From the IMG/VR virus record IMGVR_UViG_3300047561_001970, positions 1 to 64,000 of that record: 64,000 nt of DNA, one strand, 5' to 3'. Numbering within the stretch: position 1 is the first letter of the stretch; every line of letters starts with the position of its first letter. The notes under the pieces were generated by a model, which worked only from the letters and a program-made list of their open reading frames with translations, was not told the origin of the DNA and did no database searches. This document shows positions 37,501-48,900 of the stretch, in pieces. This DNA is from a virus (lineage: Duplodnaviria > Caudoviricetes). The position numbers and the translations under genes are program-made.

Positions 37501-38232
37501 TTAAGACGAAGTGTAGATCTGCTCAGTATAAATCACTCGAAATTATTTGGCAGCACAAATCAATACAATCAGAATTTCGGGCTAAGTACTTTTCGCTATG
37601 ATCTAGGGAGTAATCTTGGCGGAGAGATATCAATTGATACAGGCACATTCATTGTGGGCCAGCCTGTTGTGGCTTTTGAGAAATTTAGTGAAAAATACAA
37701 ACTCATAAGCAATACTATAATACCAGAGACAAACGGAGTACCTGTTGTGGTGGGCCAGCAATACCCATTGAGTGGTGTAAATTATTACTGGGGATGGGGA
37801 TTAGTTACTGGAAATAGGGCACAATCGGGCATAGATATTACACCGTACTATATGTTTTATCAATACAACCCCCATGCTGCCAGCAATGTGGTTGACAATG
37901 TGATTGATTTCAATAATCCGCTCACTACTATTTTGCCAACACAGAACAATTACCAGGATTGGAAGAAATTTGGCGGAACCATGGAGGCAATACTTGGTCG
38001 TGCCTTATATGAGGGGTTAGAACTTTTCAAGGCACCAATAAAGATCAATATCCCGATTCCACCAACACCCACCCCTTCACCTGCAGATGTACTACAATAC
38101 CTGCTTCAACTCTTAAGTTATAACTCGCAAAGCTTAACCTATGGGGCTTCTGCCTATATACCGGCAACAGCATTAACGTACATGCAGGAACTTTTAAAGT
38201 ATAGAACACAGGATTTAACTTATGGAGCATAA
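34528..38232 (+). CDS. Large baseplate wedge protein (gp7-like position) with PKD domain and beta-propeller
   Basis: PKD WNFGDGTTYTGPSATHFYKYPGTY; propeller repeats IAIDSKGNAW, IDTDTADNVW, ITIDLYQNIW, VAADNEGYVW; follows gp6. Confidence 0.7.
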   Translation: MLPLTAVRIQITTADSDAVPLTYTSYTLPSTPFYIKPILFDDTYNRFNILWNFGDGTTYTGPSATHFYKYPGTYLITAVVYDNLGNAQTASITPDLQAASVTVQNALPDLVIFNNLQPAGTLGVYTLPAGKRSESLEIWRYNSWQNDDLLKSNDYTVMLYASGSHSDFMSVSSYYTNKWSHLKSYFGFIETYTTPEGISSSRLIDSTRTTSTSVFAEWSDDYNALQFYNYKKPGTSFAGTTGTSIDYNVSYVDQRPSSNDETLVFLYANFNTRGFLELDSTINDRQFNNINHPYGYINYPTQVSYLKSIFNPAESLAITSNGISTEGTLQNIGPLSSQLLHSFSIYPVKWCNTDIPFVVTFKDIDQFTTKCYPPITGFKFDGSDPTDVNTVSLGLYRIVEQDPTATFTPLSTYRLDDVVFRQNNNVPQYQRSGAYFCGVLNTPSPASTVAISAAVLIQDSPVINVAAAYGFAGQPGFKNIKRFSKEPIFTHAHYEDLHFDLTGNYQTYFTTSSSTMPVSISPLKTYSRGNIDKVWVADSDEDIIYVYTLSGTILNTFKLSAIPTFIDNFTAPESRSYLGDLNSASPSNIAIDSKGNAWITLYDAISTIRINTSTDVVDAIAVPSYDNTVLIDPTVYISSKDTLSGFAGENLILPSCIDTDTADNVWVGYSHPVKSFLIKYSSSGKQLSAIDLEAPLSIQEIIVDKNNYLIAFAKNLNENDPYAFANYDSIYKWDSDLNLVPGYPLQFNSIGNITIDLYQNIWVHHAFSKLSRINPVTNDVQEYFIGSSNFDSRYYQGIDGVAADNEGYVWILHNYEGKIYFFPQNTTAQPSLSSLYNLNLPDIQRTAPDGMQAFYSVFGDWTGIRWINKYVSAINPLPRIIRGKSNLFNIIQDTPIINKINENFDQAASYKSYILQESLFDKNILLDDFIGQIVGDYNSPPEVLGKTIYERIANFNANTSDPETCTTESLKSLAQQYGLQYYDFTSGYPSKLRRSVDLLSINHSKLFGSTNQYNQNFGLSTFRYDLGSNLGGEISIDTGTFIVGQPVVAFEKFSEKYKLISNTIIPETNGVPVVVGQQYPLSGVNYYWGWGLVTGNRAQSGIDITPYYMFYQYNPHAASNVVDNVIDFNNPLTTILPTQNNYQDWKKFGGTMEAILGRALYEGLELFKAPIKINIPIPPTPTPSPADVLQYLLQLLSYNSQSLTYGASAYIPATALTYMQELLKYRTQDLTYGA

Positions 38233-38235
38233 TAA

Positions 38236-41200
38236 ATGAGTACAAATGCATTTAAATATAGCATTCTAGATGAATCCCAAGAACCTCTAGATTATTACGC
38301 ACCAGTTACATTCTTGGAATGGTTTAATCAACAAAACCTAATTAACTTCGATATCAATGTAACTTTTCAAAGCTATAAAAATTATATTTTAGAATGGAGT
38401 GCATATAAGGGTAAGAATAATACTGAAGCACAAAATATTATTCGAGATTCCTATATACAGATCTTACGAGAAATTGTTATAAACTTTAGCACAGAAGAAG
38501 AAAAACGCTTTATTAATAATGCTAATTTCTCTGATCCACTCGATCTTGATGTAATCTTACCTTTCTTTATTCAAAAAATAAAGAGTATTTGTTTATTTTA
38601 TGCAAATACAAGAGAAGAGATAAAAACAGCGCCTATTCAACACAATTTACGTGGCAGCAATCTAGGTGTTGAGAATCTTATCAAAAAGCTAATTTTTGAT
38701 GCCGCAAGAACTAATCAAATCGATTATACTCAATACACCTGCAGCTTTCCTCCTGTATCAGCCATCGCAAGAGGTCTTAGTGTGTATGTCGAAGAGTTAT
38801 ATGATACAACAGACACATATTATAACATTAGCCCGTTAAGCGCAACTGGAATTTTTGAGCAATATAGTTCAAGTAGACAGTCATTAAGTACAGCTAATAT
38901 AAATTCTATTTACCCCAATCTGTATATAAGCTTTAAAAATGCAATTATAGATGCTATCAAACAATATCCTTTCTTCCTAAGAACGCTTGGCACAAATAAT
39001 TTTACAATTAACCCCATTCTATCAGGCGATGAATTGTACTATTTAAAAAATAGAGATTTTATTTCCTACTTAAGTGGTGGCACAGAAGAATTAAAATTGA
39101 ACGTGTTGAAAATGCTAGCACCAAAGTATGTAGGCACAGATTTTTACTATCTCAGCACTGGTAATACTACTACAGATATAGTAAGTGGTATACTGTTCAC
39201 AACAAGATCCACAACAAGCTCACCTACATTAAATTTTCTTAATAAGCAGTATCCTACCACAGCCTCTGTACCTAATTTAAATTCACTATATACTCAATAT
39301 CAGTTAGGAAGATTTTTCTTACCCCAATATACAGGCTTACTCATACATAACACTCCAGAAAAAACTTTTGATATTGATACTACCAGAATAACACCCAACA
39401 CAATTTATGCTTTTCCTGACCCAGCAGTAGTAGGCAACGTATCATACAACAGTAATACCGATACAACACATGTACCGTTAGCATACACTATAAATGTGGA
39501 GTGGAATAAAATCAATAGATCAAATCAATTTGCATTTGGTGATGTTTTATCCAACAGTTATAATCAACTATACTATGGGTACCAAAGCCAGGCACAGGAT
39601 TTGCAGAAAGATATCTCTGGTATGTCCAAGGCTGTGGACAATATTCAGTTTTGGACTGGTGATAGACAAGGAACATGGGCTAATCCAGATATTTGGACTG
39701 GTTTGGATCAGTTTGATAGTCTGCCTCTACAAGAAAGACAAAACTCTTTATTAACTGGTTCTCTCACCCCCACATATTGGGGTAGTGACATATTTGGCAA
39801 TGAGTATGGTGTTCTTAAGAACATATTTCCATTGCGAGCTCTTTCAGCCATAGACTATGATGATACAAGCATAATGCCTGGCAGTAATACAGTAATACTA
39901 TCAAGTCAATCCATATCGTTGAAAAGTACTTACGATAGAAAATATACGATACCGGGAATATTTTATTTTCGTGGTATAGACTCCCTAGTTGCGCCTGCTA
40001 GTGCTGCATTGAGTGCAATATTCATTAAGTATCCAGAGCAAGTTAGAGAAGAGATGTCTAGTGCAGTGCTTTATTTTAACATGTATTATGATACATTTGT
40101 TCTAGAAACCGCTAATTATGTTATAATAGACTCATTGTCTTATAATTTTGATACAAGTAAGATTATTACCAACAACACAACTGGGTTCTACATACCAAAG
40201 TACTTTACAAATAGTAAGCTCGAGCGGTTTGCAGGTGAATGGTACTCAGAAAGAGAGAATACATTATATGTAGCATTCTTAAATTTATTACCTTATCTGT
40301 CAGGTTCAAACTATAAAGTATTATACCCTTCCATATACAAAACACCACTCACAAATATTAATGTGGAGAAAATATACCCCTCGACAATTACTTCAAATTT
40401 TTCAATTAACTCATACTCATTGAGTGCAGGGTTTGCTGAACCACCGCAGATTAATATAGTGGAAGTAGATGGTGTAAGTTTTACTAAGTCAGAAAAGAAA
40501 AGCTTATTTAACTTTACGTACTTAGCTAAAAACCTCAATGGTATGCCTTTGTTTGTTAATGAGCAGCTTAAAGATGGTGATTGGGATCGATTTCTCGAGA
40601 CATTTAACCCCCGAATGTTCAGACCATATTATTTTGTATATGATAACAATTACTATAACCCATCAATGCCTTATCTTGTTAAGTATGTCGGGGCAGTTGG
40701 CGGCACAATGGGTGGTCAATCCTTAAAATCTGGCTATCTTGATGTTGGGTTTAAAGGTGAACCCAAAGAATTAACATATTTGTTTGCTGATGGCATTAAA
40801 CCAGTGCAGATTAATAATATTGGAACTTACATAGTACAATTTGATTGGGAATCTTATAATGAAGTGACTGTGTTTGTAGGTTGCTCAGGGTTCCTTATCA
40901 AGAATATTGGCAAGAATTTAATCTTCAACAGCAATGCCTTGGATGCTGTGGTACTAGATACCTATGGAGAGACAATAAGTGAAGCTATTGCGTTTTCTAC
41001 CACATACGCCACTGTGACTAGCCTATCTGTTATTTCATATTACCCTGCATTAACTGCGTTAGCAACTATTCTGTCCATTAATACAATCAGTGGACAGCAG
41101 CTTGATTCGCTTCCAGGTCAACCCAACTATGGACTTATTCCTAGTCTTTATGGCGATTATAATAAATGGGTAATATCTACCTTGCCAAACTTAACTTTAG

Positions 41201-43032
41201 AGACTTTCAACGCAACTATTCAAACATATTCATATATGCTAACAGTTACAGCTGTGTCAGGTGATACCTTTGCAGGGATTGTAGACCCACCATTCACATC
41301 ATTGGATTATACTCTTTCAGCGGCAATATATCTTTATCCATATGCAGATTACAAAAATTTTACTGCTCCTATTAATTGTGATATCATACGTCCAACTTAC
41401 CCTGATCCAAGTGTTCTTAAATTTGTATTTAATTCACCTGTGTCAGCTGTTGAAAGTGTGCCCTTTTGTAGCAATCCTCAAAGTATATATAGAGATGTAT
41501 ATATTACTAAAACAGGATCTGGTAGTGGTGTAGTAATAACAGATCCATATTGTATAGATTGTGGAAATATTTGCTTCAACCAATTTCCTTATAGTAGCAC
41601 TGTCTCCATTATAGCCTCTGCTGATACTGTTAGCGAATTTGGCGGTTGGGTTGGTGGACCATGTGATGGGTCGATATTTGCTGATTGTTCATTTAACATT
41701 ACAACTAATCAAATCATAACAGCTGTGTTTAATGCTATTCCGTTTTATACTATTGGAGCATATTCACTGGGATATTATGTAACTCCAGATTACCTTATTA
41801 ACGTGGGCAGAGTAACATCAACTGATGGTATCATAAGCACACCTACTGCTTTCTCTCATTCTTATAGACGCAATACTAATGTATCCTTATCATGCCAACC
41901 TGCAATATCAGGATGGTGGTTCATAGGTTGGGATGGCGGTCCCTGTGCAGGTATATCCGATAGATATATTTGCTCGTTTTCTGTAACAGAGCCGAATAGT
42001 GTGTCTGCGTTTTATGTACGGTATTATGATTACAATGTAACTGTGAATACAGTTACAACAGCAAGCGATCTAATAGATTATGGTCGTGTTATTTCAAGAA
42101 CTAACTTTGATAATACATATAATATCAATTGTTCGGGAAGAACAATTGGAGGACAAACTGGCACCTGTACGTATCCATTCACAGGCACAGGACAAATCAA
42201 TGGAATCGGCACGTCAGTGACGCTGAGTGCCATACCTGCAAGAGGTTATCAATTCAAAAGATGGACAAATGCCCCATCATATGCAACTACCAACGAAGAT
42301 GCTACATCATTTGTTATAGCCTCTGATGTTTCTTTATCTGCAATATTTGATATTGGATTTTACACCTTGTCCATTATCTTTAGCGGTGGTGGCATTGGTT
42401 ATGTGAAGAACGATAACCTGGGCATATATGCTCAAGCTGGTAATCCTAATTTTGCCACTCAGTACAACATACTAAGTGGCACAGTTTTAACATTGTATGC
42501 CTCTGCATTTGCCGGTAATAGTATAATGGGATTATCGAGCAGAAATACAGTATTAGGGTTTGGCATTAGTGCCATACCTATTACAATGAACACAGATGTT
42601 ACCATGGTGGCAATATTCAGCGCCGGCTACTTCTACACATTACAAATACAAAGATTTGGTACTAATTGCGGGGTAATATCTAGTGTGCCAGTTAAGATCA
42701 ACTGCGGACCAGCCAGTGGCCCTGTTTGCACAGGGGTATTTGCAGCAGGTACACTTGCCTCTGTACAGGCCACTCTTACCAATACATGCCAGGTCAGTGC
42801 TTACTTTGGTGATAGCGTCATATACCCATATGCTGCAGGTGCAGGTATTACATTTACACCGTCAATTACTGCAGAACTAATTGAAACTCAGACTCTTCTG
42901 CTTGGAGATGCTAGCTTGAGCTTAGACACCACAGGTGCGCCATATGCCTCCAGTGGTAGTATAAGAATATCTAACGGAGAAGTACGCATACCAATAACTA
43001 CAAATAGAGTTATTTCCGCGTATCTTTATTAA
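38236..43032 (+). CDS. Giant tail/baseplate protein with C-terminal InlB-B-repeat-like Ig domains
   Basis: 1598 aa. About five Cys-containing repeats (GSGSGVVIT...V-x-L-x-A...F-x-GW-x-GGPC...C-x-F...TAVF) in the C-terminal third. Confidence 0.75.
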   Translation: MSTNAFKYSILDESQEPLDYYAPVTFLEWFNQQNLINFDINVTFQSYKNYILEWSAYKGKNNTEAQNIIRDSYIQILREIVINFSTEEEKRFINNANFSDPLDLDVILPFFIQKIKSICLFYANTREEIKTAPIQHNLRGSNLGVENLIKKLIFDAARTNQIDYTQYTCSFPPVSAIARGLSVYVEELYDTTDTYYNISPLSATGIFEQYSSSRQSLSTANINSIYPNLYISFKNAIIDAIKQYPFFLRTLGTNNFTINPILSGDELYYLKNRDFISYLSGGTEELKLNVLKMLAPKYVGTDFYYLSTGNTTTDIVSGILFTTRSTTSSPTLNFLNKQYPTTASVPNLNSLYTQYQLGRFFLPQYTGLLIHNTPEKTFDIDTTRITPNTIYAFPDPAVVGNVSYNSNTDTTHVPLAYTINVEWNKINRSNQFAFGDVLSNSYNQLYYGYQSQAQDLQKDISGMSKAVDNIQFWTGDRQGTWANPDIWTGLDQFDSLPLQERQNSLLTGSLTPTYWGSDIFGNEYGVLKNIFPLRALSAIDYDDTSIMPGSNTVILSSQSISLKSTYDRKYTIPGIFYFRGIDSLVAPASAALSAIFIKYPEQVREEMSSAVLYFNMYYDTFVLETANYVIIDSLSYNFDTSKIITNNTTGFYIPKYFTNSKLERFAGEWYSERENTLYVAFLNLLPYLSGSNYKVLYPSIYKTPLTNINVEKIYPSTITSNFSINSYSLSAGFAEPPQINIVEVDGVSFTKSEKKSLFNFTYLAKNLNGMPLFVNEQLKDGDWDRFLETFNPRMFRPYYFVYDNNYYNPSMPYLVKYVGAVGGTMGGQSLKSGYLDVGFKGEPKELTYLFADGIKPVQINNIGTYIVQFDWESYNEVTVFVGCSGFLIKNIGKNLIFNSNALDAVVLDTYGETISEAIAFSTTYATVTSLSVISYYPALTALATILSINTISGQQLDSLPGQPNYGLIPSLYGDYNKWVISTLPNLTLETFNATIQTYSYMLTVTAVSGDTFAGIVDPPFTSLDYTLSAAIYLYPYADYKNFTAPINCDIIRPTYPDPSVLKFVFNSPVSAVESVPFCSNPQSIYRDVYITKTGSGSGVVITDPYCIDCGNICFNQFPYSSTVSIIASADTVSEFGGWVGGPCDGSIFADCSFNITTNQIITAVFNAIPFYTIGAYSLGYYVTPDYLINVGRVTSTDGIISTPTAFSHSYRRNTNVSLSCQPAISGWWFIGWDGGPCAGISDRYICSFSVTEPNSVSAFYVRYYDYNVTVNTVTTASDLIDYGRVISRTNFDNTYNINCSGRTIGGQTGTCTYPFTGTGQINGIGTSVTLSAIPARGYQFKRWTNAPSYATTNEDATSFVIASDVSLSAIFDIGFYTLSIIFSGGGIGYVKNDNLGIYAQAGNPNFATQYNILSGTVLTLYASAFAGNSIMGLSSRNTVLGFGISAIPITMNTDVTMVAIFSAGYFYTLQIQRFGTNCGVISSVPVKINCGPASGPVCTGVFAAGTLASVQATLTNTCQVSAYFGDSVIYPYAAGAGITFTPSITAELIETQTLLLGDASLSLDTTGAPYASSGSIRISNGEVRIPITTNRVISAYLY

Positions 43033-43035
43033 TGA

Positions 43036-43042
43036 TTAAATA
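43036..43042 (+). promoter_or_regulatory. T4-type late promoter
   Basis: TTAAATA, 4 nt before ATG 43047. Confidence 0.65.
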
Positions 43043-43046
43043 ATAT

Positions 43047-45008
43047 ATGAATACCCCAGAAACTGATAAAAATATAGCGATTTATAATAATCAGCCTCTG
43101 GATAGTTTTTCTGATACTATTATTTCCTTCGAATATGCAAGATACAACCCACAACAGTCACCAACTGGTGGATTCGCTGTGGTTTTTTTTGATAGCATCA
43201 TAGATATGCCTCGGGACGGGGGACCGGGACAAAGTCTTGGATACACATCTTCAAGCAGATCATCTGATTCTTGCAGGTTAAACGGTTATAGCGGAATACA
43301 AGGCGCAATTCTGGGTATTGGTTTTGATTCTTCAGGTAGATTTGCACTTGCCACAGACATGGTTGATGGTATAGCCCTATCTGCCCTCAAACCACAACCT
43401 AGCATCATTGTACGCGATGGCATTCAAAACAATTTTAATCTTCTCTATAATTTAGCAGATTCTAAAAATATTGTTGATGTGCCTGGTCTTGAGACTTTTA
43501 CCATTGATCAACAAGTAAGTGCCGTGGATGATGACAATTACAGATCTGTTCGTGTAATTGTCAGCAAGCAATTTGAAGATGTGAGAGTCCAGCTTAAACA
43601 GAATCCTAGAGAAAAAGATTTTATTGATGTCTTAAGAATTACTAGACCAAGTATGAAAAGAAAGACGTTCAAGGTGGCATTAACAAACACGACTGACGAT
43701 AACACAACAAAATTCTTGATAAGAAATTTTAATATTGCAGGATTCCCGGGAGTCGAGCGGCCATTAGATCTCATATCATCTTGTGATCAGATAATAGAGC
43801 TAGACAATCACAGTCCTTCAAGCAAGCTTGGCATGGGTCAAGAATTTATTGCAGTACCTGTGGGTCGAAAGCTGGAAAACTTTACAACAGATTTAAATAG
43901 CTACAGACTTCAGAATACCATATATACAGGCGCTGGTATTACTCTGCTGGGACAAGATGACACAACAATTGTTGGTAGGCTCAATGGCACAAGTAATGCT
44001 GTGTTACTAGAATACCTGGGGCAAAAGCTTGTTAGAGTCAATACCATACCTACTCCAGATAACTCAACACCTGTGTCTGCAGATATTGATGGAAATACAT
44101 TGGTAATATGCACACAAGCTGATGAAGATCTTGGTACAGTTGGTGGTATTTTTATCTATACCTACATTGAGACTAGTGATAATCCAACAATTATTGGCAC
44201 CTGGGGGCTATATCAAACCATACTCCCATCCTTTGTGCTATCTGGCACAGGTTTAGGCATAAGTACTCAACTCTACGGTGACAATTTAATAGTTGGAAAT
44301 TCAAATCAATATGTGCATGCGTTTCAGCGTGATCCAACAAGCACTTGGGGGTATTTACAAACTATTGTCTCGCCAGTATCTGGTGTAAGTCGATTTGGGT
44401 ACACCACAAGTCTTTATGGCAGAGATTTAATGATAGGTGCTTCAGTTGCTCAAAAACCATCATTTTCCAATGTAGGTCAAGGCGAAGTGTATCATTATTA
44501 TCTCTCTACAACCACAAATAATTGGAATAAAATCATGGGATTGGGTGAGTTTTATGCTATTAATAGTGTGGCAGGAAATTTTGGTACAGATATTTGCCTC
44601 AATAACAATGTATGCGTGGTGGGTGCACCTGGAGAGGCTTACCTGGCTCCTGATGATACATATGAAGCAGTTAATGTGGGGCGGGTATATGTATTTCGAA
44701 AATCTGATGACGGTATTTTTACTCAAGCAACTACTATTGCACCAGCTTCTAGTTTTAGGGAAAAATATATGTTTTTTGGACAATCCGTTAATGCATACGG
44801 TAGCTTCATTTCTGTAGTTGCCCCATATACTCAGAAGTATACCAAATCGTATCTATGCGTTTATAACACAGACTGCTTATTTAACGCACCACCAGCTCAT
44901 TTGACAATTCCTGACTGCGCCATATCTATTATAGATCAGAGTGGATATGTTATTGACCTGGAAAACAACACATATATGCTTAATTTAAGCTGCTTACTTA
45001 GCCCATGA
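43047..45008 (+). CDS. Tail protein: legume-lectin-like domain plus FG-GAP-like propeller
   Basis: GGFAVVFFD...GGPGQSLGY...LGIGFD (L-type lectin); FGYTTSL, FGTDICL...VVGAPG...GRVYVF, FGQSV repeats. Confidence 0.75.
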   Translation: MNTPETDKNIAIYNNQPLDSFSDTIISFEYARYNPQQSPTGGFAVVFFDSIIDMPRDGGPGQSLGYTSSSRSSDSCRLNGYSGIQGAILGIGFDSSGRFALATDMVDGIALSALKPQPSIIVRDGIQNNFNLLYNLADSKNIVDVPGLETFTIDQQVSAVDDDNYRSVRVIVSKQFEDVRVQLKQNPREKDFIDVLRITRPSMKRKTFKVALTNTTDDNTTKFLIRNFNIAGFPGVERPLDLISSCDQIIELDNHSPSSKLGMGQEFIAVPVGRKLENFTTDLNSYRLQNTIYTGAGITLLGQDDTTIVGRLNGTSNAVLLEYLGQKLVRVNTIPTPDNSTPVSADIDGNTLVICTQADEDLGTVGGIFIYTYIETSDNPTIIGTWGLYQTILPSFVLSGTGLGISTQLYGDNLIVGNSNQYVHAFQRDPTSTWGYLQTIVSPVSGVSRFGYTTSLYGRDLMIGASVAQKPSFSNVGQGEVYHYYLSTTTNNWNKIMGLGEFYAINSVAGNFGTDICLNNNVCVVGAPGEAYLAPDDTYEAVNVGRVYVFRKSDDGIFTQATTIAPASSFREKYMFFGQSVNAYGSFISVVAPYTQKYTKSYLCVYNTDCLFNAPPAHLTIPDCAISIIDQSGYVIDLENNTYMLNLSCLLSP

Positions 45009-45979
45009 ATACCGAAGCTAACATATACATAACGTCGGCGTCAATATCTGCTCTGGGATACTGTAATTATCTAGATCATTATATTTTTAAAGATCCAATA
45101 AGTGGTGTAAATATTTTTTATCCATTAACTGCCTATGGTGGTCCATTATCTGCATCCGGTGGTGTTACTTTTGACAGCGTCACATCTGGTGGCCCAATGT
45201 ATGATGTATGCTTCCAGGACTACTGCTATAAAACTTACCAGGTTGGTACATTTAAATTATTTTGCAATACTACAGTTAATTTCAGATTAAGCGGCATCGA
45301 TGAAACTGATTCCCGTGTTATTAAAGTAATATACAATTTTGGTGATGGTAGTGACATGTATGAAGTTGATCTTTCAACAATTAATGGGGTAGTGTATTCT
45401 CCAATTAATACAGTTGTTAGCAGGACCTATTACCCAACAAACACACTGGTTACAACATACACACCAACAATAAGTGTCATACGAAATGATTGCTGTATTA
45501 ATACATATACCCTAACATTGAGCACATTCCGGTGTGGTATTTTAGATATATATGAGGATGTTGTGTTGCTTAATGCGCAACAGACTGCTGGGTTTGATAT
45601 AATTCTTACATTAGAGAAGAAGAATGATAGGCAGATCTTTAAAAACGCACTCAATATTAATGATCTTGAATTTGTTGTACCAGCATTATCTACACTGCCT
45701 AATTTAGTGGAACCAGTACCACCCACGCGAAACAAACCACGCGTAGATGCGCTAGTTCCAAAGCAATTCGATCAACCTGTGCAAGAGAACCCAGTAATAG
45801 CTCCAGAAATAGGATACAATTATATTGAAGGTGAGGGCATTGACCTGGTGCCAAATTATATTCAATTAGTTCCATCTGAAGATCTAATACCGTTAAATGA
45901 TATTACATCAGGAGTAACTATCAGTGGAGATGGTCCACCATACTTTGCTGCTGAAGGCATTGATATTCGGTATACCTAA
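45005..45979 (+). CDS. Structural protein with PKD-like domain
   Basis: YNFGDGS; shared C-terminal GxGI...PY motif. Confidence 0.7.
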   Translation: MNTEANIYITSASISALGYCNYLDHYIFKDPISGVNIFYPLTAYGGPLSASGGVTFDSVTSGGPMYDVCFQDYCYKTYQVGTFKLFCNTTVNFRLSGIDETDSRVIKVIYNFGDGSDMYEVDLSTINGVVYSPINTVVSRTYYPTNTLVTTYTPTISVIRNDCCINTYTLTLSTFRCGILDIYEDVVLLNAQQTAGFDIILTLEKKNDRQIFKNALNINDLEFVVPALSTLPNLVEPVPPTRNKPRVDALVPKQFDQPVQENPVIAPEIGYNYIEGEGIDLVPNYIQLVPSEDLIPLNDITSGVTISGDGPPYFAAEGIDIRYT

Positions 45980-45985
45980 TAACTG

Positions 45986-45993
45986 GATAAATA
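45986..45993 (+). promoter_or_regulatory. T4-type late promoter
   Basis: GATAAATA, 4 nt before ATG 45998. Confidence 0.7.
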
Positions 45994-45997
45994 ATAT

Positions 45998-48900
45998 ATG
46001 CTCACCAGTTTTGTAACACCAAGTAATTATAAAGGATTGAGTGCATCCTATATATATGATAATCAAATAGATTTCACTAATAAGAGTATAGGCATCGATG
46101 GTAATCTATCTACTTTTTTTTCTCCTATTTTCTTAGAAACACATGACTTTAATAACAACAATTATAGCTTTCTACATTTGACAAAGCCTTTGAATTTAGC
46201 TTCAATTACAGATTTTAAGACGCCAGAGAAACTCAATAATGTGTTATTTGGTACCATATACAACCCTGTTAACGGTGTAAACAGGTATTTAAATCTTACA
46301 AACATACCCACAGTTACACCTACAGGGTTGTCACAACTATCCTACACACAATCCATGGTTGTGACGCTATCCGGTATTGTAAACAATTGTATTTTTGAAA
46401 TAGATATGGTTAGCCCATACTCTGCTACTATATCTCACCTTACAACTAGAAACCATCTTTACTACTTGTCGTTTAACCCCAGCTCATTAAGTTTAGATTT
46501 TCTGGTGTTGAGTGCGTTTAGCGCCTCTAACGATTATACAAGAAAGTTTGTGTACACTTTTGATAAAGACACAGGACAACTTACTCTGCAGGTAAGAATC
46601 AGAGGATTTGCATACTATGTTATATATGATGATAACAATCAAAAATTATCTCTATCCAGTACAAGCGATATTGCATTTAATAGTGCAAAAAAAGTCTTTT
46701 ATGTGGATTTTTTTGATGTGCCTACTGCCCCAGAGATTACTAATGATTGGGGTACATATAAAACTGGATTTAATCAAAATAATTTAAATATAAATGTTGC
46801 AGATAGTTTTTTTGGTATAGATAATAACTTCTTAATACATAGTGAGTATGAAAATCTTCAAGGATCTACATTAAAAACTAATATCCTAACCTTAAAGAAT
46901 CAACTTAATATAAAGAATCAGCAAGGCAGAGGCAATGTGTTTATTAATGAAAATTCAACTTTTTACAGAAATTATAATACCATTTTTTCAGGAAGACGAC
47001 AGGAGCAAGGATATGAAAAACTTCACTTCCAGTATGATTGTTATTCAACACCGCTTATCTTTAATCAAGGCAAAACAACATGGTTTCATACACCACAAAA
47101 TATGTATCCTTATAAAAGACTTAATATTAAATCATCAAAATTAGTGGAGGCAGGTGCAGTTGCAGGTAACCACCCATTAAAAAGTGATAAAGTTTTTAAA
47201 AAGCAAGCCAATTACAAGTATACAAGTAATCAAGGTGATGCTACAGGCGAGCAAACTGGTCAATGGCTCTGCAGCTGGCTTTCTGGTGGTAATGATAAAA
47301 ATGTAAGGCCTGTGTGGGTGGATAGATACTACACACCAACAAAAAATACAGCATTTCAAGCGTTATGTGCTATTGATGGCAATGTAACTTATATTACATC
47401 TTTTGATGGGTATAATTTAAAGACTGGTATTGTTGATACACCATCAAGTTTAACTCTAGAACCAGGATGCTGGTATGCTTACTCTCGCTTTGGAAAAATC
47501 GATGCTATCAATAATATTAATAGTATATCAAAGACGTTGAAACAGAAAAATTTCACATATTACTCAATATGGAATGGAACTAATGTTGATCCTGATATAG
47601 ATGACAATCTTACTTCATACACTTTTGATGGTCGTCGCTATAGTTACTTTGATGTTAACAATATTGCGTTAGATACTAATACGTTTACAATGACGTTATG
47701 GGCAAATAGTTCTGACTGGACTAAGCCTCTTGGTTATGAAATTTTTGGTAATTATAATGACTATGGTCTTGGAATTTTCAACTACTCTCAAGTGACCCCG
47801 TTGCTATTTTACGGTCAAAATGGCGCTCTTGCCGCGTATAATGCTGACCTGGATCTAGTGGATACATATGATACTGCTCTATCCACTTTTGGCAATATTG
47901 ATTTTGTTCTTCGTCGTGATGCTCTTAACTCCTTTCACGTTATTACTGATAAAATGCAGGTCGTAGAATATGATATACGTGAAACTATTATTGATGCAAC
48001 CCCTGCCCTTTCAAGCTCCAGGTATTCTATAATACATGCTTCCAATGATGAAGCTCGTGGCTATGTTTTATATTCTGATAAGAGTCTAAGCGCAATAGAT
48101 TTAACATCAAATCTTGTGTACCCGACATCTGCAGATCTAATTATAGGCAAACCTATTGACGCGCTGCAGGTGTCCAGGTTGTTGGATGGTAGAATTATTT
48201 TAGTAGACGGTACAAACAGTGTTGTTAGAAGTGATGGTTTGTTCTTCCTTAGTTCAGGCATTATATGCAAGTACAACACAACAACAAGCCAGCTCTGCAC
48301 AGTTGCTGGTACCAGAGGTACCTTTTCGTTTTTTAATATAGATAGAGATAATAACCTATGGGCTGGGGATAGTAATTTTATAGCAGTCTACGGCCCATAT
48401 CAAAATCTTACCTTCACTACTACACTCACGACAGCTTCAGCTTTTTCTACAAAACCTATTTACATACAAAACCTCACTTTTATAGAAAATTTTTATAACG
48501 GTGAACTGGAGAAGTCGGTACTGGTGACAGCGAGCGGTTCAGATATTACTAAAGCAGTAGGGTTAAAGCTAGACTATAACGGCAACGTGATAGATACTAG
48601 TTTTATTAACGTCAACGGCAATTATAACCCAAAATTTGAGCCCTGTAATCATAATTTTAATTATTCTTATTTGAAGTACCGGTATGGTACAGGAGTCTTA
48701 ACGTTTAAGACTAGATTATACAATCAATTCAACACAGAAGATATAACAATTCCTTCTATAACTGTTGAAGGTCGTGATTTAGATAGCGGCTACCATCACT
48801 TTGCTATTGCTCTAAACCCTCCTGCAGGTACATTAAAGCTTTATCTAGATGGAGAATTATATGGTACATCGTTATTTGAACCAAACAAATATAATTTTAC

